Assembly: GCA_030679975.1 (NCBI GenBank)
Contig: JAUXSL010000027.1
Location: 11,447-75,446 of the forward strand
DNA from: Actinomycetota bacterium
GTDB taxonomy: Bacteria; Actinomycetota; Aquicultoria; CAJVYJ01; JAUVQD01
Length of the DNA stretch: 64,000 nucleotides
Direction: 5' to 3'
The notes beneath the pieces were generated by a model, which searched no databases, was not told the origin of the DNA, and was given only the letters and a program-made list of their open reading frames with translations. Shown here one piece after another: positions 29,321 to 38,700 of this stretch. Positions within the stretch are counted from its first letter, which is position 1. Every line of letters begins with the position of its first letter. The position numbers were made by a program, and so were the translations under genes.

Positions 29321-29797
29321 TCGTCCTGCGGCACATCGCGGATTATGCGGGCCGGGATACCCATGACCAGTTTGGCGTCCGGGACATCCTTAGTCACTAC
29401 CGAACCGGCAGCGACAAAAGCTTCGCGGCCGATAGTGATGCCCGGCAAAAGGAGCGAGGCGCCGCCGATGCGGGCGCCGCAAAAGGCGGCGATCTCATCT
29501 TCAAGAGCGGCTACATTGGGGCCAAGGATAAACCTTCCGTCGGCCAGAACTTGGTTAACGACTGCCGTCAGTTCGTCTTTTATTTCTAAATACTGGGCCT
29601 TAAGATCAACAACAGGTAGCATTAGCTGCTTAACCACTCGTCCTCCGGCACATCGCGGATTATACGGGCCGGGATACCCATGACCAGTTTGCCGTCGGGA
29701 ACATCCTTAGTTACTACCGAGCCGGCGGCGACAAAAGCTTCGCGACCGATAGTGATGCCCGGCAAAAGGAGCGAGGCGCCGCCGATGCGGGCGCCGC
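29153..29797. repeat. Tandem duplication of two 317-bp units, about 95% identical, bounded by 11-bp GCGGGCGCCGC microhomologies
   Basis: The GCGGGCGCCGC motif occurs at 29153-29163, 29470-29480 and 29787-29797. Each unit is the degT 5' end, the intergenic spacer, and the acetyltransferase 3' end. Confidence 0.85.
29305..29637 (-). pseudogene. Chimeric in-frame ORF created by the duplication: DegT N-terminus fused to acetyltransferase C-terminus
   Basis: Residues 1-56 are near-identical to the DegT N-terminus (MVKQLMLPVVDLKAQYLEIKDELTA...FCGAR). Residues 57-110 are near-identical to the acetyltransferase C-terminus (IGGASLLLPGITIGREAFVAAGSVV...). The junction is GAR, encoded by the microhomology. 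Confidence 0.5.
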
Positions 29798-30368
29798 GTT
29801 TAACGTGGGCGCCCTTGATCTTATTAAAACGATTGACGCCGCGTCCCATGGCATTGTCGTTAGTGGTTGTCACCATGGGCGCGATAAAGACGCGTTCCTC
29901 TAAGACAACATAAGCGGTGATGTAGGCGCCCGTCTGAATCTTAGTATATGAGCCGACTGAAACGTCGTTTTCAATAGTGACCCGACAGCCGATCATCACA
30001 AAATCGCTGATGTGACATCGCTCGCGCACAACGGCCAGATCGCCGATTAAGGTTGAGGTTCCGATGGTCGATCCGGCAAAAACGATGGCGCCGGAGCCGA
30101 TGATGCAATTGTCGCCGACAATTAGGGAAAGCGGATCGGCGCTGATTTTTACGGTACTTGTCGGTCCGGGGCGGGATTTTCTGCCTATAACTGCGTTATC
30201 GCCGATCACGACATTTTTTCCAATCGTGGTGCCGGCATGCACGACAACATTATTGCCGATTGTCACACCGGCGCCAATCCTGGCGTCCTCTGCCACGGCC
30301 GCATTTTTTCCAAGGATGATATCAGTCAACCACAATCTCCTTGAGATCGATAGGTCGGCCGTTTTCAT
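29622..30368 (-). CDS. Hexapeptide-repeat sugar N-acetyltransferase (WbpD/PglD-like)
   Basis: Left-handed beta-helix repeats (IGAGVTIGNNVVVHAGTTIGKNVVIGDNAVIG). The C-terminal LLLPGITIGREAFVAAGSVV is typical of UDP-amino-sugar acetyltransferases. Confidence 0.8.
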   Translation of the reverse strand: MKTADLSISRRLWLTDIILGKNAAVAEDARIGAGVTIGNNVVVHAGTTIGKNVVIGDNAVIGRKSRPGPTSTVKISADPLSLIVGDNCIIGSGAIVFAGSTIGTSTLIGDLAVVRERCHISDFVMIGCRVTIENDVSVGSYTKIQTGAYITAYVVLEERVFIAPMVTTTNDNAMGRGVNRFNKIKGAHVKRGARIGGASLLLPGITIGREAFVAAGSVVTKDVPDGKLVMGIPARIIRDVPEDEWLSS

Positions 30369-31404
30369 TGAGTGAGGCCTGGGCCGCTTGCAGAATTCTC
30401 AGTACATCGAGGCCATTTTGTCCGTCGGTAAGCGGACGACGACCGGTCCGGACGCAATCCAGAAAATGGTTGCATTCTAAGGCTAATGGTTCTTGCATTT
30501 TAATGCTGGGTATTAATATGTCGCCAAAGCGTAAGGTCAGGTCATCACCATATTTTTTATAGCCGGCCGACAAATCAGCCCCTTTGTCATAAAGGCGGAC
30601 TTTTTCCGAGCTTTCCATATCGTCGAAGACGACCATCTTCTTGCTGCCGACAACAGTGAATTTTCGGGTTTTGTGCGGGTCCAGCCAGCTGACATGTGAG
30701 TGGGTCGCGATTCCGCCTTCAAAAACGATGGTGACAAAGACAACATCTTGCACGCCCGGCCTCAGGCAGCACTGCCCAACAGCTGCGACGCTGAGCGGCT
30801 GTTTGCCGATTAAGTGGAGGGCGACGGCGACATCATGGGGCGCCAGGCTCCAGAGGGCGTTCTCGTCTTTTCGCACGGTGCCCAGGTTCAGGCGTTGAGA
30901 GTATAGATAGTAGACATCGCCTATATCTTGTTTGTCGATCAAAGACTTAATTAGTGTAATAGCCGGGTGGTACATCAGCAGGTGACCGACCATGAGTATC
31001 CGGTCGAAGCGGTCGGCGAGGTCTATCAGAGTCTGCGCCTCGCGAATATCCAGCGTAATCGGTTTTTCCACAAAGACATGCTTTCCGGCTTTGAGCGCCG
31101 CCTCGGCGTGCTTAAAGTGCATCGGCGCGGGCGAGGCTACGACCACGGCGTCGATCTCATCATCAAGAAATACTTCCGATATGTCGGCGGTAGTCCTTGT
31201 TTCCGGATACCGACTTGCCAGGGCTTCCAATCGAGCTATGGCCAGGTCGCAGACTGTCGTTAAATTGGATTCGGGTAGCTCGGCGAACTTGCGCACCAGG
31301 TTTTGGCCCCACCGGCCGGCGCCGATTACAGCTACATTGACAGGCTTGATTGGCTTCTTGTCGACCGGAGTCAGTTGCGCCGGCGGATCTTTTGTCATAT
31401 CCAC
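30322..31404 (-). CDS. Gfo/Idh/MocA-family NAD-dependent oxidoreductase (WbpB-like)
   Basis: N-terminal VAVIGAGRWGQNLVRKF Rossmann fold, and an EKPI motif. Confidence 0.8.
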   Translation of the reverse strand: MDMTKDPPAQLTPVDKKPIKPVNVAVIGAGRWGQNLVRKFAELPESNLTTVCDLAIARLEALASRYPETRTTADISEVFLDDEIDAVVVASPAPMHFKHAEAALKAGKHVFVEKPITLDIREAQTLIDLADRFDRILMVGHLLMYHPAITLIKSLIDKQDIGDVYYLYSQRLNLGTVRKDENALWSLAPHDVAVALHLIGKQPLSVAAVGQCCLRPGVQDVVFVTIVFEGGIATHSHVSWLDPHKTRKFTVVGSKKMVVFDDMESSEKVRLYDKGADLSAGYKKYGDDLTLRFGDILIPSIKMQEPLALECNHFLDCVRTGRRPLTDGQNGLDVLRILQAAQASLNENGRPIDLKEIVVD

Positions 31405-31407
31405 ATT

Positions 31408-32760
31408 CTACAACCCCACAATGTTCGGTCCGGCGAAAGCGGCGAAAGCGTTTCGGGTATCTATAATTAATTTGGAGCGTTTTGCCAGCTCTTCATAAGG
31501 ATAAGCGCTGTGGTCGGCGCAGAGTACGATGCAATCGAAGGACTCAATTGCTAAACTTTCCAGTATTTGTGAAGCGTAGCTGTCCGAGCCTAACGTCACG
31601 GATGGGATAAACGGGTCGCTGTAGATTACCTTCGCTTGAGCTCCAATCAAGAGCTCCATGATCTCTAGGCCGGGGGACATGCGGGCGTCGTCTATATCTT
31701 TCTTATACGCTACCCCCAAAATCAGGATTTTTGCCCCTCGCAGGCATTTACCGGCCTGATTTAGCGCTTTGTTGATCTTTTCCATAACAAACAAGGGCAT
31801 CTGCAGATTGACCTCGCCCGCCAATTCTATGAATCGGGTATGGAAGTCATACTGCCTGGCCTTCCAGGTCAGATAGAAAGGGTCGACCGGTATGCAATGT
31901 CCGCCGACCCCCGGCCCGGGGTAGAAGCTCATCATACCAAAAGGCTTGGTTGCCGCCGCGTCGACGACTTCCCAAACACTAATGCCCATCTTATCGCAGA
32001 GCAGTGCGAGTTCATTGACGAGGGCTATATTGACCGCTCGAAATGTGTTTTCAAAGACCTTGGTCATCTCCGCGACTTTTGGCGAGCTGACGGGCACGAT
32101 GGTCATGATCGTCTGCGAGTAAAGAGCGGTCGCGGTCTTTAGGCAGTTCTCGGTTACGCCTCCGACGACCTTGGAAATATTTTTTGTGGTAAACCGTTTA
32201 TTGCCCGGATCGACTCTTTCCGGTGAAAAAGCCAGGAAATAATCGACGCCGATTTCAAGGCCGCTCGCGGCCAGGATGGGCAAAACCACTTCTTCGGTCG
32301 TCCCGGGGAAGGTTGTGCTTTCCAAGACCACCATTTGTCCGGGGCGCAGGTATTGAGCGATCTCCTTGGTGGTTGAGATGATGTAGGAGATATCGGGGTC
32401 GCGGGCCGCGTCAAGCGGCGTCGGCACGCAGATTATGATGACATCGGCCTTGGCCAGCACCGAGTAATCATCGGTCGCCCTGATCTTCCCTGTCGCCACG
32501 AGCTCGGCCAGCTCTTTATCTTCGACGTCGGAAATATAATTTTGGCCGGCGTTTATCATCTCCATCCGCTCGACCTTTTGCTCGATGCCGATGACCGTAA
32601 AGCCGACTTTAGCTTTCTCCACCGCCAAGGGCAGGCCGACATAGCCCATACCGATGACGACGATGACGGCTGTTCGGGCGCTTATCTTTTCTTCAAGCGC
32701 CAGAATAGGTGGTGACGGCGCTTCTCTTAAAGCCAATTTCTCCTCGATGGGTCGATACAA
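31408..32760 (-). CDS. UDP-N-acetyl-D-glucosamine/mannosamine 6-dehydrogenase (WbpA/WecC-like)
   Basis: N-terminal VIGMGYVGLPLAV. Catalytic region GGHCIPVDP. 450 aa. Confidence 0.85.
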   Translation of the reverse strand: MYRPIEEKLALREAPSPPILALEEKISARTAVIVVIGMGYVGLPLAVEKAKVGFTVIGIEQKVERMEMINAGQNYISDVEDKELAELVATGKIRATDDYSVLAKADVIIICVPTPLDAARDPDISYIISTTKEIAQYLRPGQMVVLESTTFPGTTEEVVLPILAASGLEIGVDYFLAFSPERVDPGNKRFTTKNISKVVGGVTENCLKTATALYSQTIMTIVPVSSPKVAEMTKVFENTFRAVNIALVNELALLCDKMGISVWEVVDAAATKPFGMMSFYPGPGVGGHCIPVDPFYLTWKARQYDFHTRFIELAGEVNLQMPLFVMEKINKALNQAGKCLRGAKILILGVAYKKDIDDARMSPGLEIMELLIGAQAKVIYSDPFIPSVTLGSDSYASQILESLAIESFDCIVLCADHSAYPYEELAKRSKLIIDTRNAFAAFAGPNIVGL

Positions 32761-32928
32761 CCAGCGTCCCTGAAAGCTAGGAAGTCCTTATAGACCGACC
32801 AGAATACTACCAGACTCATCTTGGCTTTCCAAGGAGACCGTTTGGAGTTTTTGTCGATTTTCTTGGACCTTTAGATAATTTTTAGTACAATCAAAGTCGT
32901 TTTAATCGCGAGTGGCTTGAGGTAGCAA

Positions 32929-34962
32929 ATGGCAAAAAAACAAGTTGTAAGAAAGCCGGGCGTGAAAAGGCCTGTCGCAAGCACGGCGGCCGGCGGGCCA
33001 AAAGAAGTCATATCGTCATATGATAAGTGGATAATGTGGCTGGTCTGCGCGATTTTGATAGCGGTGCCGCTTATCTTTTCGCGCATATCCTATGACCAAT
33101 TTGATTTAGTGAAGTTAGCGGTATTTAAGGTTTTGGTCTTAGGTATCGTGGTTATCTGGGTAGCTAAGATGCTCACAAAGCCCGAGCCGATTAGTTGGAG
33201 TTGGCGGGAAGGTTTGCTGGCGGCGTTTGTCCTCGTGGCCATCATTTCAACTTTTACCTCGATACACATCCCAACGTCGCTGCACGGCAAATATAAGAGA
33301 TATGAAGGTCTTTTGACTTTCATTACCTATATAACCGCGTATTTTGTTGTAACTCAGACATTTAAAGGTAAGAACTGGCTAAGGATAATAGTCGAGGTCG
33401 TAAGCATCACCGGCGGGATTGTCGCTCTTTACGGTATTTTGCAGTTTATCGGCTTTGACCCCATTTATTGGGGCAGTGTGCCCTTCGAGGAACGGCGGAG
33501 TTTCTCCACTTTTGGTAATCCGGACCTATTGGCCGGTTATCTGGTTTTGGCTTTCCCTTGCGCGCTGGCGGCTTACTTTAACAAGGGCAAGATAGCTTGG
33601 TTGCACGGAGTGTCGGCGTTCGTTCTAGCCTCGGGCCTTTTGACGGCTTTGACCCGGGGTGGTTGGTTGGGGGCGCTTGTCAGTGTGATCTGCATCGGCG
33701 TGCTTTTGGGCCGGCGCCTGAAGCTCTATTGGAAGAAAGTCCTCGTCCTGATCGTGCCTGTTGCCATTGTCTTGTTCGCATTAGTGATTTATTCATCGGC
33801 CATTAATTTAGATATAGTCTCCAAGTTTCAAGGGGCTTTCCAGCTTAACAGCGGCACGGCTCTGGGCCGCTTTGAAATTTGGAAGGCCGGTTGGCGGATG
33901 GTGAAGGACAGACCGTTATTCGGGCAGGGTTTGGATACCTACCGTTTAGCGTCTGAGCATTTTGAAACTAAACGATATGTCCAGTCGGTAGCAGGAACAA
34001 CTGTCTCAGATAACGCCCATAATTACTTTATTCAACTGGCGGCCGGCGGCGGCCCGATGGCGGCTCTATTGCTGTATGGGTTTTTTATCGCTTGGATAGT
34101 CAGGGCTTTAAGAATCAGACGCCGGCTGGCTGATGATAGCGAGTATCTCTTGGTAAGCTGTATCATCGCCGCCGTGATCGGTTATTTAGCGACCATGCTT
34201 GTGGGGATCAGCATCGTCGGCGCGACTTCGACTTTTTGGCTGTTGATGGGGTGTGTAACCGGATTCACGCTAAAACTTGACCCGGCCTGTCGATTCCTGG
34301 ACCTATCGAAGCGGTGGCAGGAGGCTAAGCTGGCGGCGGCGGCGGCGGCGGTAGTGGTTGTAACCGTGGTTATCGCCGGCTTTGCCGTGGCCATGTATCT
34401 TGGCGATGTCTATTTGATCAAGGGTCTGCGGTCTGCCGCCGGTGGGCAAGAGCAGCTGGCCCTGGGCAATCTTAATACGGCTATTTCGCTGTATCCGGGG
34501 AACGGGCGGATAATGTCTGAGTTGGGGCAGGCTTATATGCGCTGGGCAAGCGGGGCGGTGCAACAAAGAGATAAAAAAACCTTTACATATAGTTCACAGA
34601 AAGCTATTGAATCTTTTCGCCGTGCCAGTTTGGCGGAGCCGCCGGAAGTCGATTATCGTGTCTTTTTGGCCAATTCGTATAGTTATGTCGGTCAGACTCA
34701 AGAGGCTTTTAAGATATTAGATGAGATACTTCTTAAGCAACGGCCCTACTCCCTTCCGGCCAATCTTCTCTATGGCCAACTCTTAACGGATGAGAAGAGA
34801 AAAGCTGAGGCGGTAAAGTATTACAAAACAGCATTATCGCTAGCGTCCGCGACGCAACCGGCTCTATCCGCGCTGGCCGATTATTACAAAGAAATCGGCA
34901 ACAGAGGCAAAGCGGACTATTACCAGAAGCAATTGGACAAGGTCAACGCCGCGCCTCAGTGA
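32929..34962 (+). CDS. Wzy_C (O-antigen ligase family) membrane domain fused to C-terminal TPR repeats; candidate O-oligosaccharyltransferase
   Basis: About 12 transmembrane helices. The periplasmic-loop motif HNYFIQLAAGGGPMAA matches the Wzy_C family. Residues from about 480 to 677 form TPR-like helical repeats. SD GAGGTAG lies before the ATG. Confidence 0.75.
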   Translation: MAKKQVVRKPGVKRPVASTAAGGPKEVISSYDKWIMWLVCAILIAVPLIFSRISYDQFDLVKLAVFKVLVLGIVVIWVAKMLTKPEPISWSWREGLLAAFVLVAIISTFTSIHIPTSLHGKYKRYEGLLTFITYITAYFVVTQTFKGKNWLRIIVEVVSITGGIVALYGILQFIGFDPIYWGSVPFEERRSFSTFGNPDLLAGYLVLAFPCALAAYFNKGKIAWLHGVSAFVLASGLLTALTRGGWLGALVSVICIGVLLGRRLKLYWKKVLVLIVPVAIVLFALVIYSSAINLDIVSKFQGAFQLNSGTALGRFEIWKAGWRMVKDRPLFGQGLDTYRLASEHFETKRYVQSVAGTTVSDNAHNYFIQLAAGGGPMAALLLYGFFIAWIVRALRIRRRLADDSEYLLVSCIIAAVIGYLATMLVGISIVGATSTFWLLMGCVTGFTLKLDPACRFLDLSKRWQEAKLAAAAAAVVVVTVVIAGFAVAMYLGDVYLIKGLRSAAGGQEQLALGNLNTAISLYPGNGRIMSELGQAYMRWASGAVQQRDKKTFTYSSQKAIESFRRASLAEPPEVDYRVFLANSYSYVGQTQEAFKILDEILLKQRPYSLPANLLYGQLLTDEKRKAEAVKYYKTALSLASATQPALSALADYYKEIGNRGKADYYQKQLDKVNAAPQ

Positions 34963-35039
34963 GCGCATAGAACCCTAGCTGCTTCAAAACAAGCCTTTTC
35001 TCCTGTATAATTACCGCACTTTAAATTTGAGGTGCGCAA

Positions 35040-35783
35040 ATGGCACGAAGTTCCGTCGTCACCGAATCCGAAGCTGTCGTCAGCCGGACGCATAAGAAAA
35101 AATATAGACCGTGGCCGAGTCGGGCCATTCTTGTTTTTCTGGCCGGGGGCTTAATAGTGCTCCTTGCAGTCGGTTACCTGGGATTCTTTGGCTCCACCGA
35201 AACGAAAACCAAAGCGGCGGCCGGCCGGCTCAAGCTTCAAGGCCAAAGACTATATCGGGCCAAGAAGTACGACCAGGCGGCAGATTTTCTCAACCGCTAT
35301 CTGGGATTGGCCCCCAAAGATCAGCGTACCCGGGAACTGTTGGCCCAGATTTATTGGCAGATAGGCGACGGCTGGCGGGCATTCGCTGAATTGAATATCG
35401 TTAATCGATCTTCCGCACCAAATGGAGATCGTTTTTACAGACTGGGCTTGCTCGCCGATCAGATGGGAAAAAGGGATGAATCGGTCGTTTTTCTCAAGAA
35501 AGCTGTCGCTTTAAAGCCGGAATCTATGCTCTTCCGGGTAGAATTGGCAAAATCGCTAACGAAGCTGGAACACTATGATGAGGCGGTCGTCCAGTGGCAG
35601 GAGGCGATCGACCGATTGCCGGACAAAGACCTCTATGCCGCTGTCATCTACGCGGAGCTCGGAGATGTTCTGCGCCTAAAAGGCGATATCGAAAAAGCTA
35701 AGGAGGCATATCGCCGGGGATTGGAGATCGAGCCGGGCAACGTCTACCTCCAGGCTCAGATAGCCGGCGCCGGCGGTCAATAA
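35040..35783 (+). CDS. Membrane-anchored TPR-repeat protein
   Basis: One N-terminal transmembrane helix (ILVFLAGGLIVLLAVGYLGFF) followed by 4-5 TPR repeats. Confidence 0.7.
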   Translation: MARSSVVTESEAVVSRTHKKKYRPWPSRAILVFLAGGLIVLLAVGYLGFFGSTETKTKAAAGRLKLQGQRLYRAKKYDQAADFLNRYLGLAPKDQRTRELLAQIYWQIGDGWRAFAELNIVNRSSAPNGDRFYRLGLLADQMGKRDESVVFLKKAVALKPESMLFRVELAKSLTKLEHYDEAVVQWQEAIDRLPDKDLYAAVIYAELGDVLRLKGDIEKAKEAYRRGLEIEPGNVYLQAQIAGAGGQ

Positions 35784-35786
35784 GGC

Positions 35787-38700
35787 GTGAGTAAAGCTTT
35801 ACAACGCTATAAAATCAGATTTTGGCCTCTTTTGATAACGCTGGTCTACCTTCTTATGGCCGGCGGCGCATCCGGCAAAGCCGGTGTCAATAAAGCTATC
35901 AGTGTGCCCGCGGAGACAGCCATTGTCTCGGTTAGCCACAATCGCCGCGCGGACAGCATCGGGGCTTTCGGTCTGACATCCGGCGAACTTAGTGGCATTG
36001 AGCTGGTATTGCGCCGGCCGGATGGTTGGTTTTGGGACCCGATTACTCTTGACTGGAAGCCGGAGGCGACCTGGCAAAAGAGCTCGTTGATACCAATGAG
36101 CCCGACGACTTTCGCTTGGGACGAGATTTTAGCCGCGCCTCCCTGCGACGGAGCCAGCCTTCTCCTATTAGCCAGGGCCGTAAGCCGCCAAGGTCAGCCG
36201 GACCCGAAGCCGGCGGGCGCGCGTATCTATATCGATAACATCAAGCCGGTCGTCACCAAGTTCGACGTCGAGGGCGCGCGTTGGTCGAATAGCCGCGAAG
36301 CGACGCTAAGCCTTGAAGCTTCCGGCGCTACCACGATACAATTAGCCGAATCCCGTCAAGGTCTAAGCGCCGCCAAGAATATCCGCTACCGCGACAAAAT
36401 CAAATTCCAGTTCTCCGAAGGAGACGGGCTAAAGACGCTTTACGGAGCGTTTTTAGATAGCGTCGGGAATCGGGTAGTGGTTCCCTTAAACGGCGGACCG
36501 ATCGGTTTGGATACGGCGTCGCCGGCCGTCAACCGGTTGGCGCCGCCCGCCGAGGCCCGATCTGTCAGTGTCGGCGCCAAGATCAGCGCCGGGTTTATCG
36601 ACGACAGCGATATCGATCCCTCCACCCTAAAGAGCGAATTTGGTCCCGACGCGACTTTTTATCTCACGCAAGGTAGTCGCTGGACGACCGCGACGGTCGC
36701 TTACGACCCCAAAAAAAAGACAGCGGTGCTCACACCGGCTGAGCCCTTGGTAAAAGGTCAAGTATACACAGCCCACCTAAAGCCGGGCATTAAAGATATT
36801 GCCGGCAATGAATTTGACGACGACATCTCATGGAGCTTTCAGGCTGTTGAGCCCAGCCCGCCGGAAACAAAGATTGACGGCTTGCCGGAAGTGATGTCGG
36901 GGAAGACCAAGGTCTTGATCGAAGGAAGCGCTCATGATCCGGACGGGGTCGGGGCGGTTTCGGTGTTTGTCCGTGACGGCGACGGCCATTATTGGGATTC
37001 AATTTCAGCTACCTGGACGGCGGAACCGTTTGCGAATGACGCTATGCTTGCCCGCAAGGGGCAAAAAGAGACCGGCTGGGAGTGGCGTTGGCCTTTGCCG
37101 AGCAGTGACGGAGCCCGTTTTGTCGTGACGGCGGCGGCAAAAGATCGCTTTCTGGCGGAAGACCCCACACCGGCCGGCACTTCTCTGTTGGTGGACAACC
37201 AGCCGCCGCAAGTCGAGCGTTTGATCTTACAGAACGATCTGCCGGTTACCGCTTCAGATACGATCACTATAACCAGTCTGGTTAAAGGGGCGACGCAAAT
37301 GAGATTCGCGGCCGACTCTGCCGCTCTTAAATTTCAACGGTGGCAGTCGTTTAGCGCTGAAACCAGTTTTACTTTGCCGAAAAAGGAAGGCCGAAAAGAA
37401 GTATTCGGGCAGTGGCGGGACGCGCTCGGCAATTATTCCCGAGTAGGGGAGGCTGGGAGCAAAGGTAGGATCATCTTAGATAAAAGCGGCCCTAAGGTTG
37501 CATCGACCTATCCCCACGATCAGGTTGAAAACGTAAATATCTCAGTGATGGTTACGGCCAATTTCGAAGAGATCAGCCTGGATGAAACCGGGATAACCAC
37601 CGATACATTCAAGCTAATCGGTCCCGACAAAAATCCGGTTCCGGCCGCGGTCACATTCGATCAGCTGTCAAAGACGGCTACGCTCACGCCCATTGAGTTC
37701 TTGCGATACGGGACCGGCTATAGAGTGATATTAAGCGGCGCCATCAAAGATCGGCTTGGTAACACCATCGGTCATGATTATGGCTGGACATTCAAGACGG
37801 TCGGGCTGTCGACGCATCCGCCGGCTCGTCCTCAAGGTTTGACGGTGGCGGCGGCGGAGCAAGGCGACAAGGTGTCGTGGTCGCCTCCTTTGGGAATCGA
37901 CAAGGGCAACGACTTCGACCCGCCCGTCCAGGGCGGCTACAACATTTATCGCGCCTCGTCTCCTGACGGACCGTTTGAGCTGGTAAACAAACTCCCCGTA
38001 ACGGCTTTGACTTACTACGACAAAGACTACGAACGGCCGGGCCGAAGGTTTTACATGGTCAAAGCGGTCGATGCCGGAGGCAGTGAAAGTGAAGGTTCGC
38101 CGGTCTCCGCCAATGATGATATAAACACGTTGATTAAAATCGCCCCCGGTAAGCCGGCCACCGTGACGCTCTCAAATGACGCCCTGAGACTGGAAGTGCC
38201 GAAGATCGAGCGACCGATGACGCTGCGCATCAAGACCAGGGAGGCGTTAGGCGCGCCGGCTACGCCGATGCGTCTCTTTCAGCTGGATTCAAGCCCGACC
38301 GTCAACCTTAAGACCTTGTCTTTAGTCTTGCCCGGAGACCCTATGGGGGCGACGATAATGCGGAGGGAAGAAGGCGGGTGGCAGCCACTGGCGGACGTGA
38401 CTTATTCGCGCGATCCGTTGACTCACATCGTCACAGTCGGGCCGGTCTCGTCAAGCGGACAATACTTAGTCGTCAATCGCGCGGACTTGACTCCGCCGCC
38501 GTCGGCCCCGGAAGTACATCTGTCAACGAGAGAGGGAAAGCCGCTTGTCGGTTGGTCCAAGATCAACGATCCGGACAGCGGCATCAGGGCCTACCGGCTG
38601 TGGCGCACGGAAACAACCATGACTTTCGAAACTTCGACGACCGCGGCCGCCGTCAATCTGCCGCCCGGCATGAACAGGTTCTTGGATAACAGCGCGGAGC

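Noticed and set aside
29305-29637. Treating ORF 29305..29637 as an independent small DegT-like gene
   Set aside because: It is a mosaic of two neighbouring genes created by the 317-bp tandem duplication. It is kept only as a chimeric or pseudogene feature.
35787-35860. Alternative downstream start (Met at residue 24) for the giant protein
   Set aside because: It would remove the hydrophobic signal-like segment. The GTG at 35787, directly after the TPR gene stop, fits translational coupling better, though the start remains uncertain.
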